Shown: positions 12,211 to 27,177, counted from the first letter of the whole stretch. The stretch: DNA of 63,310 nucleotides, filler included, from Phoronis australis (GCA_002633005.1; 4 parts of 4 records of this genome joined end to end with filler, not necessarily neighbours in it); one strand, 5' to 3'. Notes: generated by a model from the letters alone, not told the origin. Made by a program: numbers and translations.

Positions 12211-15200
12211 GGTAACGAATTGACCATTAAAGTTGTGATTTTACCAGGATGTGTTGAAATGATGATTAAGATAGCGATCAATATGGCGATTAAAAGACCA
12301 TCTCTAATACGTGGATGGCTCAAGAGTCAAGACCTCATTTTTTCTTTACATTTTCTGCTATCCCTCGCTGGGTCTGGTAGTTGCCCCATTATGCAGCAGG
12401 AAGCTACGATCAGATTTCACCCCTATCTTAACTATGTACCTGTTCGGTATTTGCCTACTGTGGTTGTGCACTCAAATGATAATAAGCGTGACACCAGTTT
12501 CATTTTTCCCTATATAAATGTATGCTATGTGCATATCAAAACAGCCAAGACTCAACAGTCACCGTGTCAGGATGTACCCTGTGTTGTGGTTTCTCGGTCC
12601 AAAACGTTTCGCAAGCAATGACTGCCATCAAGATGACTGCGAGGTATCATCGTAATGTTTCAGTTTGTTTGCTGAGAAAAGTTTGAATCATCCGTTTGTT
12701 GGGCCATTTTCTATGTATATAGACAAGGTGCAATTTACAAGGGTCTAAGACATTCCATTAACAGAATGGTACTCTTTGAGGTTATGCAATGTCTTAGAAA
12801 GTGTCCAAATTTGGTTAACTTCGAAGTTGGATCCTACCTCATAAATGGCTGATCAGATTCGTACGAAGTGTTGGTATTGCTTTATGCAGTATTTTACAAA
12901 ATCCTGTTGTTTTTAATGTTTCACTTTTGAATAAGATTTTTCTCAAAAAATAAAGTTGCATAAAATGAAAACATGTAATTATTTAGAAAACTGTAAAAGC
13001 TGTTTTTGCGGTCTCATTTTGAACTTTTGTATAAATTTGTTCTTGAACATTAATAATAGTGATGTTTTGCTATGAATGTACCTTCCTTTTTGCCAAGTTT
13101 TACTATAGACATGGTCACGTGACCCTGTTAATGACAAATTGGTAAAGAGTAAACGATCAAATTTTGCATCCCGTCTACTTAGGACATTTTTATTTTTACT
13201 GAGCTATAGTTTTATTTGGCTTCTATTCTGAATTGTCAATAAGATCTGACAAAACCTTAAACTGTAAGAACAAATGCGGATTGAGGTGTGGTTGGAGTCC
13301 ACTCACTTAGCCAGGAGCGCAACTCCAAGGATAGATGTTAGTGGCGTAACGTCCCTGTTGGCATCGTTTTGATTTGGCTTAGTGCTAATTTTGTGTCTCT
13401 GTTTATAACATCTTGTTTTTAAAAAATTCAAGTTATGGTGATGTACCCTAAACTTGTAGTCTTGTAAATAATTATTTGGGAAATGTGCAAATTTATATAT
13501 GAAATATGTAAGGCATTTGACTCGTGTGAAGTTACAGCCACATCCCTCAGTAAGTGTGCATTCTGTATTTTTCATTAGAATTCGCAGGGAATTTTGGAAT
13601 CAACACCTGCTATTAACCTGTGTGGTGGTCTTCATAGTGTTTGTATGAAGCTACTGTTCTCTAACTTGGTAATTGTGTGAATGTCGTACATATTTAACTC
13701 AAGGAATCAAAATTGTTTCTAAAGCTCTAGAGTTGTACGCGCAGCGTGTTTCAGCGTCACATTTTTTGTGGCAGGTGGCAAGATCTTATCTCCAGTTGTT
13801 GAAGAATCTGTAGTGCCCCTCGACTTATCTGCCTTCATTTGTACTTGTGGTAGATCGTCACACCTCTAACTCATAACTTGGTGGAAATGTGGAACTTTTT
13901 GAAGAAATTACTAAAAACAGTTAATACTTGGAAAATGTCATGCATGGTTAGCAAAATATTACGGCTATACAGCTGTGACATAGTCAGAGAACTAAACTCT
14001 TGGTATAAATGTTCAAAGGTACCGCAAAATCTCTTCACTTTTATATTAAAATAATTTCTAAAGTTGGTCGTTTTTCATATTTCAAAGACTTTACAGTGTT
14101 GTTAACATCCAAATTTTCAAATTTTAAAAATGAAAAGTATTCGTTTGGTGCTATCTATCTTTTACTTAAAAAATGACATAATAAAATTCTAATTGTCTGC
14201 CATATTGCGTCCTAAACTGGTTAGATGTTACCGTAAAATCAGTCTTCTTGGTAAGGTTGAAGAACACTCCTTTAGCATTTACTTGTGCGTCACCTAGTGT
14301 CACATTTATGCTTTACCGTGTTCACGTTCTGCACCATAGCTACCATCAGAAAATATTTTGAAAAATTGTGGGCATTTACAGTGTCAGAGGACCTTGAAAA
14401 ATGAAAAGATAGTAATTCGACAATAATGTTGTCTGGGATTGGTGAAACTCTAACCATATATTGTGTTCTGTCGTGGCCCCAATGCAGACATCCTCTGTCA
14501 AAAAATCACTTTTTTATTTGGAACCACTCGCTACTGTGATAAACTGGTATCAGCCGTGTCGTTCTTCCCTAGCCTTGAACTTTGTTTGAGTACATGAGTA
14601 CATATGAGAAAAGTTGAAATCAATTTTATAGAGTTTAAATCGTGTATGCTAGTGGTGGATATATAGGGGGAGGGGTTCAGGGGGTTTAATCCCCATTAGG
14701 CGGCGACAAAAAATGAGTGTCCTGCGCAAAATGGCACTGGCAGCATGAGTATACTCCCAGTTACCTAAATCGATGAGCTGCTGCTGCTATTAGGGACAGT
14801 TATCTCCATGAAAAGTGATTTTCTGTGGTTAGCTTCACTGCGGAATTGGACCTGAAACCCCTGCGCTTGCTAAACCACTATCGATTAATGGTAGAGTCTT
14901 TGAAACACATTTAAGTGGAAAAGTCAGCGTCCATGATTTCAGGAAATGTTTGGCAGATGACTGCGAGAACTGGCGATTTGTAGTAAAATCACTAAAACGC
15001 AAAGATATTTTGTTGTTCTATTTTTATGGTCAAAGTTAATAACTTCAAGAAATCTATCCCCCGAAATGTGTTTTTACTGTAAAACGGATAATGTTATTGT
15101 AAGTAAGAATTTTTGAAAGTAGTTGCATTGGTATTTTCTTGGGGTGATTTTGCTAGTGTAATTATTGTACACTAAATCACCCAGACTGAAACTAGCCCAC

Positions 15201-18200
15201 CATGGCAAGCACCTTACTATGACCTGATATGAAGCAAGAAGGTCGTGTCTTCTCAAACGAAGAAATCATTTCTAATCTGAGAAGCTCAGGAAAAAGACGA
15301 GACTGATTTTTTTAACAGTTAGTGAATTAAATATAAAATTGATTTTTAGCCGGTAGGGTGCGGGTGTTTACTGCAGCACCTTTTATTTAATTATTGATTT
15401 AGTGGACAAAATTGTTGTGAGTACTTCTTAATATTATTGCTCATACATTCTTTAAACAGTAAATATTTGCGAGTTATTCACAGGTATTTCCCACTAACCA
15501 TGGAGACTCAGTCTCTGATAGTCACTCCTTCAGAGACTCCTCATGATCAACTCTGGACCATATACAGATTCCCTTCCTGATAAGCAGTTTCATAAATTCT
15601 GTCCTTGCAACCTGAATAAGAATTACAGGTGTTTACTTAAACTGGTTTACAGTTTATCCTTATCGCCAGGTTGTCACAACCTCTAACTTGTCATGAATTC
15701 TTTAAACTTTGGATTCTGTACCCGATATCCGGTAACTGCCGATATCAGGTAACTGCCCTGCTGGTGAAGGCTTCATAGGTCTTGCATCTCATCAGCAAAG
15801 GTAGTTGGAGCTGGTCTGATGGTGCATAAAACATGTCGTATCACCATGGTATACAAGACTATGATGTTCTCTTCTTCCAACTGTCGAGCATGATTCCAAG
15901 AAGAGGGTGCTTTGAGGTAATACTCAAGATTCCTGCTGCCCTGCTTAGAATTTTGTTTATCAGAATATCTGTTTATCTTGAGTTGAAGAGATTCAACTGT
16001 GCTCATCTGTTTTGTTCATGAAAACGGCTCTTGATTTGGACAATTTACCTTTAAAATTTTGATCTAAATTTGGTCACTACTCAGCCTAGAAGTGGTTTCT
16101 GAGCTTGCGAAGAACTGACAGTTCAGGGAGTTTATAATATTAGTCTCTTTACCTGTTTCTTAGAAGGAATCTACTTGTTCTTTTAACATTCTTTCTGACA
16201 TCTTGGTTGTACGGCTTAGGAATACAGTCGCTTAGAATTGACCTAAAACTCTCTTGGGAACTTAGATCTCTGGGCACACTTACATAGAGATGGCAATATT
16301 TTTTATTTTAAAAGATTCATAGCCTTAATGTACAGCTCTCAACAGGATTAAAGTTGAGTGTGGTGGAATTGCTGTCTATGGCAATGTTCAGCTGAGTCCC
16401 AAAGAGGAGTCCAGGCTGTTCTGTGGTTTTGGTTTACATTTCCTATGAAATATTAGATAGCTAAACATAATAAATTATGTAAAATGATGTGAGATTCCTA
16501 CAGCAGTGGACACTAGACTAATGAATCTGACTATACTGACTGAAGGACTATCACCACTAAAATGACAGTCAATCAACAATTTAGTGTGATGGCTCATAAT
16601 TAGAGTGGGCAGTCAAATTTGAGCTTGGAGTAGGCTGAAGGCCACACTCAAAAACCCTCAGTGAGAACGCTGCTATAGAAGTTGTCTGCTGTTAGTGTTT
16701 TGAGTGTAGCATTTGCAATGAGAACTTTTGGGTATATTGTTGCAGAAGTATTAATGAATACTGTGTTTGTCATTAAAGACAGAATCCCAGCAGATGGAAG
16801 TTGCCTGATTAAGAACTTGTCTCGTTTTTGTCAATTACCACAGAAATATTCAAACATTCAAAGCGAGTTTTCACCAATTGTTTTCACAACTACAGATTGA
16901 ACAATATGTTGGACAAGTCAGATTCTATTTTGTGAAATTTCTCAACAAAAATAACGATCATTTTGTCTTAATGTTAGCTTATTAGCTTAGTTTTAACTTT
17001 GGAGAAGTTAAGAACAACATAGCAGAGTAATTATCCAGTGAAAGTGGAAAAATGATACTTTTTGCACTTATTTTCGTGCATAGTTAGTGAATTGTCATCG
17101 TAATTTCTTGTTCTTTTGCTTTTTAACAACTGGACTTATCAAACTTATTTGCAAACTCCTCGATGAAATTTTGGCAGTGTAGTCTTCTGTCTCATGAACT
17201 GTTCTATTCTTTTATGAATACCGATTTTCTTTTCACTCGAGCCATCTTTTTTGTTCCACTTTGTAATTCATTTTTACTAGCACATTTTTTTCTTATGAAA
17301 CACCTTTTCCTGTGAATAACTGCACTCGTCTTTCTGGCAAGAGGCCGAGGTAAGTATGTGCTTGGTACAATGCATTACTCATGATATCTGTGCACTACAG
17401 ATCAGTTCAACTGAGGAAAATTTGAATATTCTGAAACCAGGAATTGTTAAATTTAAAGTGATAAAGGTTAAATTAATTAAAGCAGGTGGTTATCATTGAA
17501 TGGTACGCCTTGTATTTCAAAGCAAAATATGCGTGTAGGTGAGTGAATATTTCTTTGTTTTGAGCGAATAGAAATTCGTGTTCTCTTGTTTTTAGGTTCT
17601 GTTGCACCAACTGCCATCATCATCATTAGCATTATGTTTAACCATCATCATTACTGTCATGGTGGCAAATATAGTTTTGTCAGTGGTCAATAGGGAGAGC
17701 CACAAGTTAGTAGGTTTGCAAATTTCCTGCACAAAAATAGCTGAGAATCAATTGTCAAGTTTTTTTTTGTAACTTTTCTAGAAATTTTACTTAGTTTTGT
17801 AAATGTCAAAAGTGGTTGTTAATGCTTAAAAAGATGAGCATATCGTGGGATTTGAGAGTTGCTTTATTAATTGTATTTTACTTGTAATATTGATTGATTT
17901 GTACAGTTTAAGATAAACTAGCCGTTACCCGTGCAAATGCAGCTAGTGGGAAACAACGAGAGGAAATAGCTACACCTGAGTGTGAACCAATCGAGTGTTC
18001 ATCGCAAGAGACAGGAATACTTTTTGAAAAGGCCGTGTTCAAAGCTTCAAGCAGAATTTCTGTCACTGTCAGATTTTTGTAGGCAAGGTGTGCACGCAGC
18101 TGCAAGGTTCCATCTCCAGGCAGTACAAATTTCTTTCCAGAACATTTGACCCTGCCGTAACACAAAGTACGGTAATCAGATATTCTTTTAAAGTGGAAAC

Positions 18201-20079
18201 TAAGAATGCATTTGAAATATTGTATAGTACACAAACTTTATAGATGTATTTACAAAAGTTGCATCATAAACTGAGGTAGAAAGCCAGCTAGCTGTATGAA
18301 GACTATCATCAACACACACTGCAGCTAGGTAGCAGTGTGTAGAGCTCCATTGGAAATTTCTGCACACAACCCGGGTGCTCAGCTCGTCACCTCCTTGTGA
18401 AACTTAGAGCTAACAACCTGCAGGGGTGCATGCAGAATCTCGGAATGAACCGAAATTCACGTTACTCGTTACAGCCCTTCATAAGAAGTACAACAACCTA
18501 ATAAACGTTATTTTTCATAATTCTCCGCCTCGTAACAAAGGAAAATCTGTCGTCGTTTTGAAAATAGTGCATACCTGTGATATGCACACGTACGCGCCAT
18601 GTAATAAAATTTTGCGATATTTCTGAAATTGGGTTTTCTGGTATTAAAATAGCAAAAACTTGTAACGAAATAAAACCACTTCCGATTGTTATGACATGTA
18701 TGCAACCTCACAGTTGATTGAAGAACATGGAAATTGGTCAATAGGTTACGCAATGGCACCCAAAGAGCACATGGAAATTTTAGTAGCAGAATAACTGAAG
18801 AACTCCAATTTTCCAACACCCGGGTAAATAATTTAGTGTAATTGAGGAAGAGTAACAAATTTTAAATGAGGCATCATTCATTTTGGCGGTGACTGGCCCG
18901 ATGAATTATATATGTGACAGAAACCGAAGGGAGTGAAATTAAGTCGACGGAGTGACGTCACCCAGGCCGTTCATCTGACCGACTGACGTCACAAAGGCCA
19001 GTACGAAACTGGCCACCCTCACTCTGTGTCTACGAAAAACTTCTTGCGAGAAAAAAATAGAACACCTCGAATCCAGATAGAGGGCCGGTGCAATACCTGG
19101 GACCAAGGCGGTGCCGAAACGGGCGCAACGAAGGTCTGTAGTGGAACGGGGGGGAGACGGAGTTTGTGCAAACGTTGCATTTTATATAATAGATTGAAAA
19201 CTAATGAAAATTGGTTTTGAACTGTTGAAGAAATATTGATCAGTCAAAATAAATTTGCTTTTATGGTTTTTGCTATGCTATGTAGCACTGACAGAGGAAG
19301 ACGATTCCCATACCATATTGTCATGCTTGAAACATTGTGATGAAAGGGACAGATGTTATTAGTACCGTTTGGACCAACAGGTGGCGTGTGGATAATGCTG
19401 GTTTAACAACTATTGTGCATTCCCATGTTATATTATTTGTACTGTAGCAAAGCAAATCTAGTAAACACCAAAATGCGTATTTCACCTCAACGCGTACATT
19501 TCAGTTCAGTTGCATATGACATACGCTCTATTCCATATTGGCCAACGAAGGAAACACACCCATTTCCGAAGCCTTTCGCTAGCGCAGTGCCTGACACAGT
19601 CTCGCCCGCATGGCCTAACAAAAGCCATACAGCGCACTGTGACGTAACAAAGACATTGAGCATAAGAATAAATGAACATTAGCAACTAAGCATAACAATA
19701 AACAAAAAAACAGTTACTAAAGTCCCATCACAAAACTGGTCCTTGAACTACCTGTGGTAAAGGTTCCTCTGAGTCTGCAACACAATATAATAAGAAGCAA
19801 TAATAAAAATTCTGTTCAAAGCAGATACGGTGCGGCACAAAAGTGATTCCCAACATTGACATTTTTCACATTTTTCAAATGCTGATTAACTTGCTGTAAA
19901 TATTAGGAACATACCAAATGTTGTTTTGTGACGTCTTCACAATACTACCCATACTAATGATCAACTGAGAATTTTATAATCTTTATTTTCTGCGCAGAAA
20001 TATCATTTCACTTGTCGGCTATATTGTGCCCTAAATAGGCGAAGGGTTACCGCATCTCCTATTTTCAGTCCAAAAATGG

Positions 20080-20266
20080 AACATTTGATTTAAACTACAT
20101 ATCGTTGTAAATTTGGTCTCAAGGTTTCCCTTGCTCAGGTGAGAAGTGATTTCTGGATTTTTCTCAAGTTGTTTCGAACGCGAAGCCTAGAAAAAACACA
20201 CTGAATTTGTTGAAGGGACAATTTGAGACCAATTTCACAACTCTAACTGGTCTAAATCAAATGTTA
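20080..20266. mobile_element. Degenerate fold-back MITE
   Basis: aacatttgatttaaacta..gttgtaaatttggtctcaaggtttccctt versus aagggacaatttgagaccaatttcacaac..tggtctaaatcaaatgtt. Confidence 0.72.
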
Positions 20267-20564
20267 GTCTTCATGATGGAAGGCGCGCTTATAAATAGGA
20301 AGAAAGTTCTACATTTTGTGTGGAGATTGTTGGGATTGCCAGCTGGGTGTCAAAAATCCCAACAGGTGGCAGTCACATCTTAGTTCAAGTGTCACTTATT
20401 AGATAAATTAATTAAAAGCTTTATGAGAAACCATCAATTAAATTTAGGACTGTTAAAGCTGTGTTTTACTCTGCTTAGTTTCCTAAAGTTGAATGTTGAA
20501 ATAATACTTGTAGAAATCAGTCTCCTACAAAGTCTTCACTGTGGCAGGAATTTCAAGTCACCTG

Positions 20565-20702
20565 AACTCTAGTACATGTGCCAATTTTAGGGTTGTCACA
20601 CTACAGTGAAATCTGAAGAGTTCTCTCAAGTTGCTGATGTTTCTACCACTCCAGGGTTTATTGGAGTCAGCCAGCCCTAAAATTGCCACATGTAATAGAG
20701 TT
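20565..20702. mobile_element. Short MITE-like inverted repeat with 31-bp arms
   Basis: aactctagtacatgtgccaattttagggttg versus cagccctaaaattgccacatgtaatagagtt. Confidence 0.72.
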
Positions 20703-23700
20703 GGTATATTAGAAATAGAATACTATCACGATAAAGAATGTTATGAGACCGATTTTATCAGAGCAAAAAACTTAATAAAATTTTTGTTTTTTGCCAGCTA
20801 AACAGGGCAAAATGCAGCTTTATGAAAGTTCAAGTGTAATGTCTCGTTCATCAGAACATGTTTTTAAAAGTTTTCTGAACAAATACAGTTATTTCAAGAG
20901 TGATAATTAATAATAGTATTTATTTGTTAGTGATCTTATCGGGAATTCCTGAAAGAAGCTGCACTAGGAGTTAAACCCTCCCATGGGAGCTGTTGTGGTA
21001 AGGAGGTTTGAAAAAGCCTCCTTGGGGCTCTGTCTTTGCATGTGTGTTTTAAAGGTGAATATGTGAATAAGATTTGAGTACATTCTTATTTTTAATCTTT
21101 ACAGGGACCGTTAAAAAATTTCAAGTTGATTACGTATCAGACTTGTGTAAAATTTTTCATAAGGCAAGTTGCCCACGAAGTCGAACCATGCTCATAATTT
21201 TGCAACATAAAAGCCCCTGACTGAATGATGTCACTGCGGGAAGTAAGACCATCTTTAATCAGTTAACTGAGATCTCGTTTTTCAATAGCACATGCTTGCC
21301 CAGACTTTAACGCATTTCATTGAAAGTTGCTTGCATTTGGTTTGCATACCGTACATAATATTCAGTCAGAAAACTATAGTTTGCAAATATAATATGCCAG
21401 TTTGCGAAATATATGTATGGAATCACTGTTTGCTGGAAGGTAAGAAGATTGTCCTTCTGAACATTAATAATACTGAAAAGCACGGGGACATTAATACAGT
21501 AATGCCGACGTCACTGCGTGATGTATTTCTGTTGGAAACAGGATGTATTTCTGATGGTAACAAAGACTCTCGTGTGCAGTAGTGCAAGGCATGCCTGTAT
21601 CACAGGTCTTTGTATCTTTATTGGTTGCCAAAGGCTTTGTTTACGTTTGATTGGATTCTAATTAGAAGGATATCAAATGGCATTTACACTCCATTAACTG
21701 AACAGTAAACTCCTGCTTGTTCCTGTCATGACTGACTGCGGGTATTATGATGGCCAATTCCTCTCGTATTCAACTGTTCGGGGGGGAGGGGGGGAGGGGG
21801 AGTGAATTCCGCCTGTGCTCAGCTCTCAAGATGGGATGGAATGGGTCATTGTATCCGGTTGTTGCTTATGGCAAATATCTCAGTTGATGCTTTCGCTGTC
21901 AGTCTCTCCAAACATTCCCCTTCCTCATTGCATTGACTACAGGAATTTCACTTAGTTTCTTTTGTCAACATTATGAATACGCCAGATAAGCCCAGCATGT
22001 TAATTGTTGGACATGATAATGAATGTCCTGAACAGGGTGTAATGTATCACTCTTAGAGCTGTGAGTGGATGTGGGAACGTAGGGGTACCCCGGATATGAA
22101 TATTGATCAGCAAAATCATGTGGGCCCAGTATAATCACTGTATTTCTTCGGATACAGAAAGAAAAGAGTTATCACCTGGGGGGGGGGGAAGGTATGAAGG
22201 GGGTAGATAAAACACCCCATAATTTCCATTCTATTGGAAGCTTTGATTAAAATACCAGTGAACAGGTGTGCTCCCATTTACCTTTGATCTACTTATATAT
22301 TTGCATTTTTGGTTGCATGAATTACAAATTTGACGAGTTGTTTTTGTGTAACATGCATTTTTCCTTTCATATCTGCTGCATGGCCTGAAGACTTTGCCAG
22401 TTAATATGGTATTTAACTCACAATATGGCCGACAAGCGAAATTTTGTGTTCTTGAATTTTGAACATTTTAGAAAAACGTGGATCCCTGTGGAAGGACTTT
22501 TTGTCTAACAATCTGATAATTACATGTACATGTGTGACTATAGTTAAGATTCCAGTGTGAATAGGGTGTGTATGTTCTTTATTAAAATACACTTGTGTAC
22601 TTACATCCCAGCTGCAGGGTTGATGTTTATAACACGGATTAACGGATTAAATTGTTCTTCTGTAAGCTGCAGTTCGGAATACTAGAAACGTATTAAGTCT
22701 CAAAAATTGTTTTCAAAACATGTGAACAAAATCAAAGATTAAGAAAAGTCTATTGTTAGCTTGGTTTGTACTGTGTGGATATTATAGAAAACATTTTGGT
22801 TTCCATTGCTTGGGACATTGTATACAAATAATTTTGTCCGTTATTTTTGTGAGAAAGTGAGAAATGATGGAATAATTTCCACAGCTATCATATATGCAAA
22901 TTGTTTTGGCTTTCAGTGGTCTTATAATTTTGTTTTTTAGTACCCAAAATGACTGAGTTTGAGCCAATTCTTCATCTCATTTGAGTGACCAATCTATAAT
23001 TACAGGGCCCTCAATCCTTTGATTTTGGTTCCAAATATCGGCCCTATTGCCCTCTGAAAAATATTGAAAAATCACTAGAAATTACCCTCATGAGGCCCAA
23101 TAATATAATTATAGAGTTTCACCCTGTTTTGAAGAGGAACTTTCAGGCTAATTCCTTAGCTCTTTGATTGCTTGGCCAAATTTAAGTTAGAAACACAACA
23201 TATAGCCCCGATGTGAATAAAGCAACTTCCAATGTCCTTCACTTCTCTTTTAAGATTGTAAAAACCTGGATACCTTGTATTTGAAATCCACTGCCAAGGA
23301 AAACGGTTTTATGTGTTGTGTAAATAGAACACTGTAAATGTGGCTATCCTAAATAATAAAATGGGAAGTAATATTCAAATCTTTGTTAATCATTGTAATG
23401 AAAATGCATTTTAATTATTTGCTTCTTGAATTTAAGCCGCCCCGTAAGCGTGTACTGACTTCTTGTCACTGATGCTTCAGATGCTTATTAATGAGAATAA
23501 CAAAAGTGACGTTTTAAAAGTATTACGGAAAACGGACAAAAACAATTGTCAAAATTGGTCTTGTTGCATTTTCATTGTCTGATGGTGGCTGTGGTTTAGA
23601 TCTTTTAAAATGTCTTGGCATGTGGTCATTAGGGTGTTACTTAATCTTTTATGAAAAAATGAAAATTAAACAAATTTTCACTTGTCAGCCATATTATTTC

Positions 23701-26700
23701 ATAAATTCATAAGATGTTACCACAGTAACAAGAGTTAACAAGATTTCAGCCATAGCCTAGTCAAGACTTCACTATTTTCTTGTTATTAAAGTGTTCCCTA
23801 ATTTAAGGTGATCAAAGAGGTGACATCCTATTTTTTCCCGACATTTGTTCGACTTCGTAAAAATCGTTTATGACACTAGACCCGACTGTCTTAGTAACAG
23901 GGTCTGAGTGTCACATACAACTGGTCTTCGCATAGGACATCAATCTCACTGGGTACACCTAGAAGAGGCATCGATGTGCAGCTCACAGGGGGGTGACTTT
24001 TTCACAGCTTTCCTGCAAAAGCTTGCCTAGTGTTCTAGCAAACTCTCCTCACCATTGAAGGTGTGAAGCTCTGCAAAAACAGTCCTACCAAAGGTTTTTA
24101 TTGTTGTCTTTAAAACTTGGGATACAAAAAATGCACTCATGTTTGAAAATGTGTTATCTCTTTTTCCTTATTTTAGGCTTAATGAGTTTAAAAGACAACT
24201 TTCTGTAGGTTTATTTAATTTTCAGGGCTGTGTTTCTTTATCAAAACTCTATGCAGGGGTCCTTTTCATTGAAGCTCCCTACGAATGGGTGGGTATCCTA
24301 ATTTTCTGTCTCTATACACATGAAAAATGTCTGATTCTTTTTTTTGAAACCACCACCTTTGTATTTCCTTGGGACAGTTGAATTATTATCCAAAAAAGCC
24401 CAAAATAGTGCTAGACGCTACATTGTCTAACATAAACCCATCATCTGTATGTATGCTGTTCCACCAGCGTAACGCAGATGACCCCTTCCACCTTGTCCCA
24501 GTTTGTGTTGTGACACTGGAGCTGCTGCACATGAACTTGGAATTCTACTTAATTAGTCTCAAGGTTAAGCGGAAGTGAGTGTTACGTGAACTTGGAATAT
24601 GTGAGGCAATTTGAACAGTTCACTCAAATAATCACGTTCATGTTCATAAAAATTTGCACTGCACTAAATCAAGTTACATTTGAATAAAATAATGTCAATT
24701 TTTACCAACCTTTTCAGCTACGGGCGATCAGTTTCACCAAACAATAATCGATTTAGCCATTCACGTATTCCTCCAGTTCAGCGACATTAGTTACGGTAAA
24801 AGAGAAAATGGTTGATCGCGAGGCCAATAATTTCAAAAATTCTTTTCACGGAAGAAAAATTTTTTTTTTGCCTAGAATATTCAATTCCAAGTTCATGCAC
24901 AGCAGAGCAACTGATCAAGTGCTACTTGCTCTACCACTCTAAACCAGTGTCAGAAAGGGCATTAGGTGTTTCATGGCAGTGTTGGCACACATGTTTGTGC
25001 CCCATCAGCTGTTGCTTATGCCATTTGCTGCTTTTCAACTAGTATAGCCCTTCTGTAAATGCAGCTAAATAATAGGTGAGGGGAGTGAGTGCACCTTAAA
25101 ATTCAGAGCAAACACAATACATGTACCTCAGGGCAAATCAGTAATAAGTGACTACCTCAGGCCCTATAAGGTCAGTGTCCAATTATTGTTGGCACAGTTC
25201 TCCTAATAATGATCTTTTGTCAGCCTTATGTAAGACCAACTCACCAGTTGTGTCAAGTATAGTTCATTACTTTGTGTTCAGTGAACATCTGAGAGGTTGA
25301 TCTACATCAGGCAGTTCTGTTTGTAGACCAAAGACTTCTGTGACCTGTGTGCTGCAGCTAGGTTAGTATGGTGAATTCTAGCACAATTAACGTATGGTCA
25401 ATTTTCCACATGTTTCCACTGAGTTTTTAAAAATTGAGAAATGCAAACTTTTGAACTAAATCGTAAACATTTGAAAAGGCACATTGTTCCTGATAGATGC
25501 ACACTAGGTTTCTTCCACATGTATCCACTGTATGGGATAACCAAAATGCAGACTTTTGAAAATGCTTTTAAAGAGTTGACGATGATTGTTGGGCCATGTA
25601 GTACCCGTATCTTCGGAGTTCCTTGAAATTTAACAAATGGGTTTCTATTGAGTAAGTAACATATTTCTTTTTTTGGACATTTTCTCCGCTACTTAGCGGC
25701 CATTTTTATTATTTTTGAATATTTTTTCCGTGTCAGCCTCTACCACCAAGTGAAACTGCTCAAGGTTCATTAAGAAAATTAACAAATGTTTTCCTACTGA
25801 CAACACTATGACTTAGATGTTCATTGTCGGAGGGGTTTGACAGCTGTGGTCCCTTGGGTGGCAATTTTTTGCATCCACAGTTATGTCTCCTAAACCCCTT
25901 GCAGGATCTAAATGAAATATGACAATTGCATTCATATCAACTTGGCAGCAGGTGACAACGTCTTTCAGACGTATCTGACTACTGCTGTGCCTCATAAGTC
26001 CTGTCCACTCACAGCCTACACTAGAACAACTTGCACTAACACAACTTTAAGTGGGGCGTTGACACACACATATCCATAACTAGGGTAAGGCAGAAGTTGT
26101 CGCTCTGTGCGTGACAATGGAGTAACTTGTTCTGGGGCAAGTCTGTATGTGGCCTGTGCAATAGTAGCAATTCTATTTGTTGTGTTGGACTCTGCATCTT
26201 TTAAGCTCCTGGGTAGATTTTCATGAAATTTGCAAAAAGGTTTTTGTGAGGAAGACATTACAAAGCCTTTCCAATTTCAGACATGTTCAATTCATTCTGC
26301 GCCACCTAGAGTCTTTTTCAAACTGTTTGCAATGCAGTCGATGCAGTCGTGTGTGCATGTTCAATGCTTCGGATTGCCCACATTACGATAATTGCTTTAA
26401 TCTTCTACAAGATCGTGTCTAGCCTAACTGGGCTGTGCTGTTAAAAATAAAAGTTAAGTTACCTAACATATTTTAATTAACATAGCATTTCTGAATTCCT
26501 CATCAAATGCTGATCAAGTTTAGTTTTTGAATTGCCAAAATTCCAAACCTAGCAATTCCCTCTGGATTTGATTGTGATCACAGATGGTCTGTAGTAAGCC
26601 TGGTAGATAATTGGCCTGCCTGTTGTCCTACCTGACAAAAGAATGTGCTTGGCAGTTAACAAAGGAGCTAGATGTCATCACAGGTTCACAACCCCCTGCA

Positions 26701-27077
26701 TCTGGTAAAGTCACTGAACCTGAACAGAACACATTCCAGTGTTCTCCACATTATAAACTCCAAACTCGACGCAAATGTTGAATGTCAGTTATTGACATTG
26801 TCTTGTGTCTTATCATAAGGATGGTCATGCTGGAGGTATTTATATATGGTTTAAAACTGCACACTGCACTGGTGTGACCTACTTTTTAGACACTTCAAAG
26901 TTTAGCTTTCCTACCAATGCATCTCATAATTCCTCCAAAGCATTTGACAGACCCAGAGCAGCAAACAAAAGATCAAAAGTTCCTTTAATAATACCAATGC
27001 CGATTTTAATATCAATTAGACATATTAAGTACTACTAACATGAGTTCTGATGTGACCTAGTTTTTAGTGACACCTGT

Positions 27078-27177
27078 NNNNNNNNNNNNNNNNNNNNNNN
27101 NNNNNNNNNNNNNNNNNNNNNTTAATTAATTAANNNNNNNNNNNNNNNNNNNNNNNNNNNNNNNNNNNNNNNNNNNN
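27078..27177. other. Scaffolding gap with TTAATTAATTAA six-frame-stop linker (also 39534-39633 and 55085-55184)
   Basis: Each is N44 + TTAATTAATTAA + N44 = 100 nt, an artificial join. Ordinary gaps at 40511-40562 and 58299-58821. Confidence 0.97.

Noticed and set aside
12208-12621. 137-aa plus-strand ORF
   Set aside because: Low-information composition, no motif or splice support, adjacent to repeat debris.
27122-27133. TTAATTAATTAA palindrome repeated three times in the window
   Set aside because: Always centred in a 100-nt N-gap; an artificial linker, not biology.
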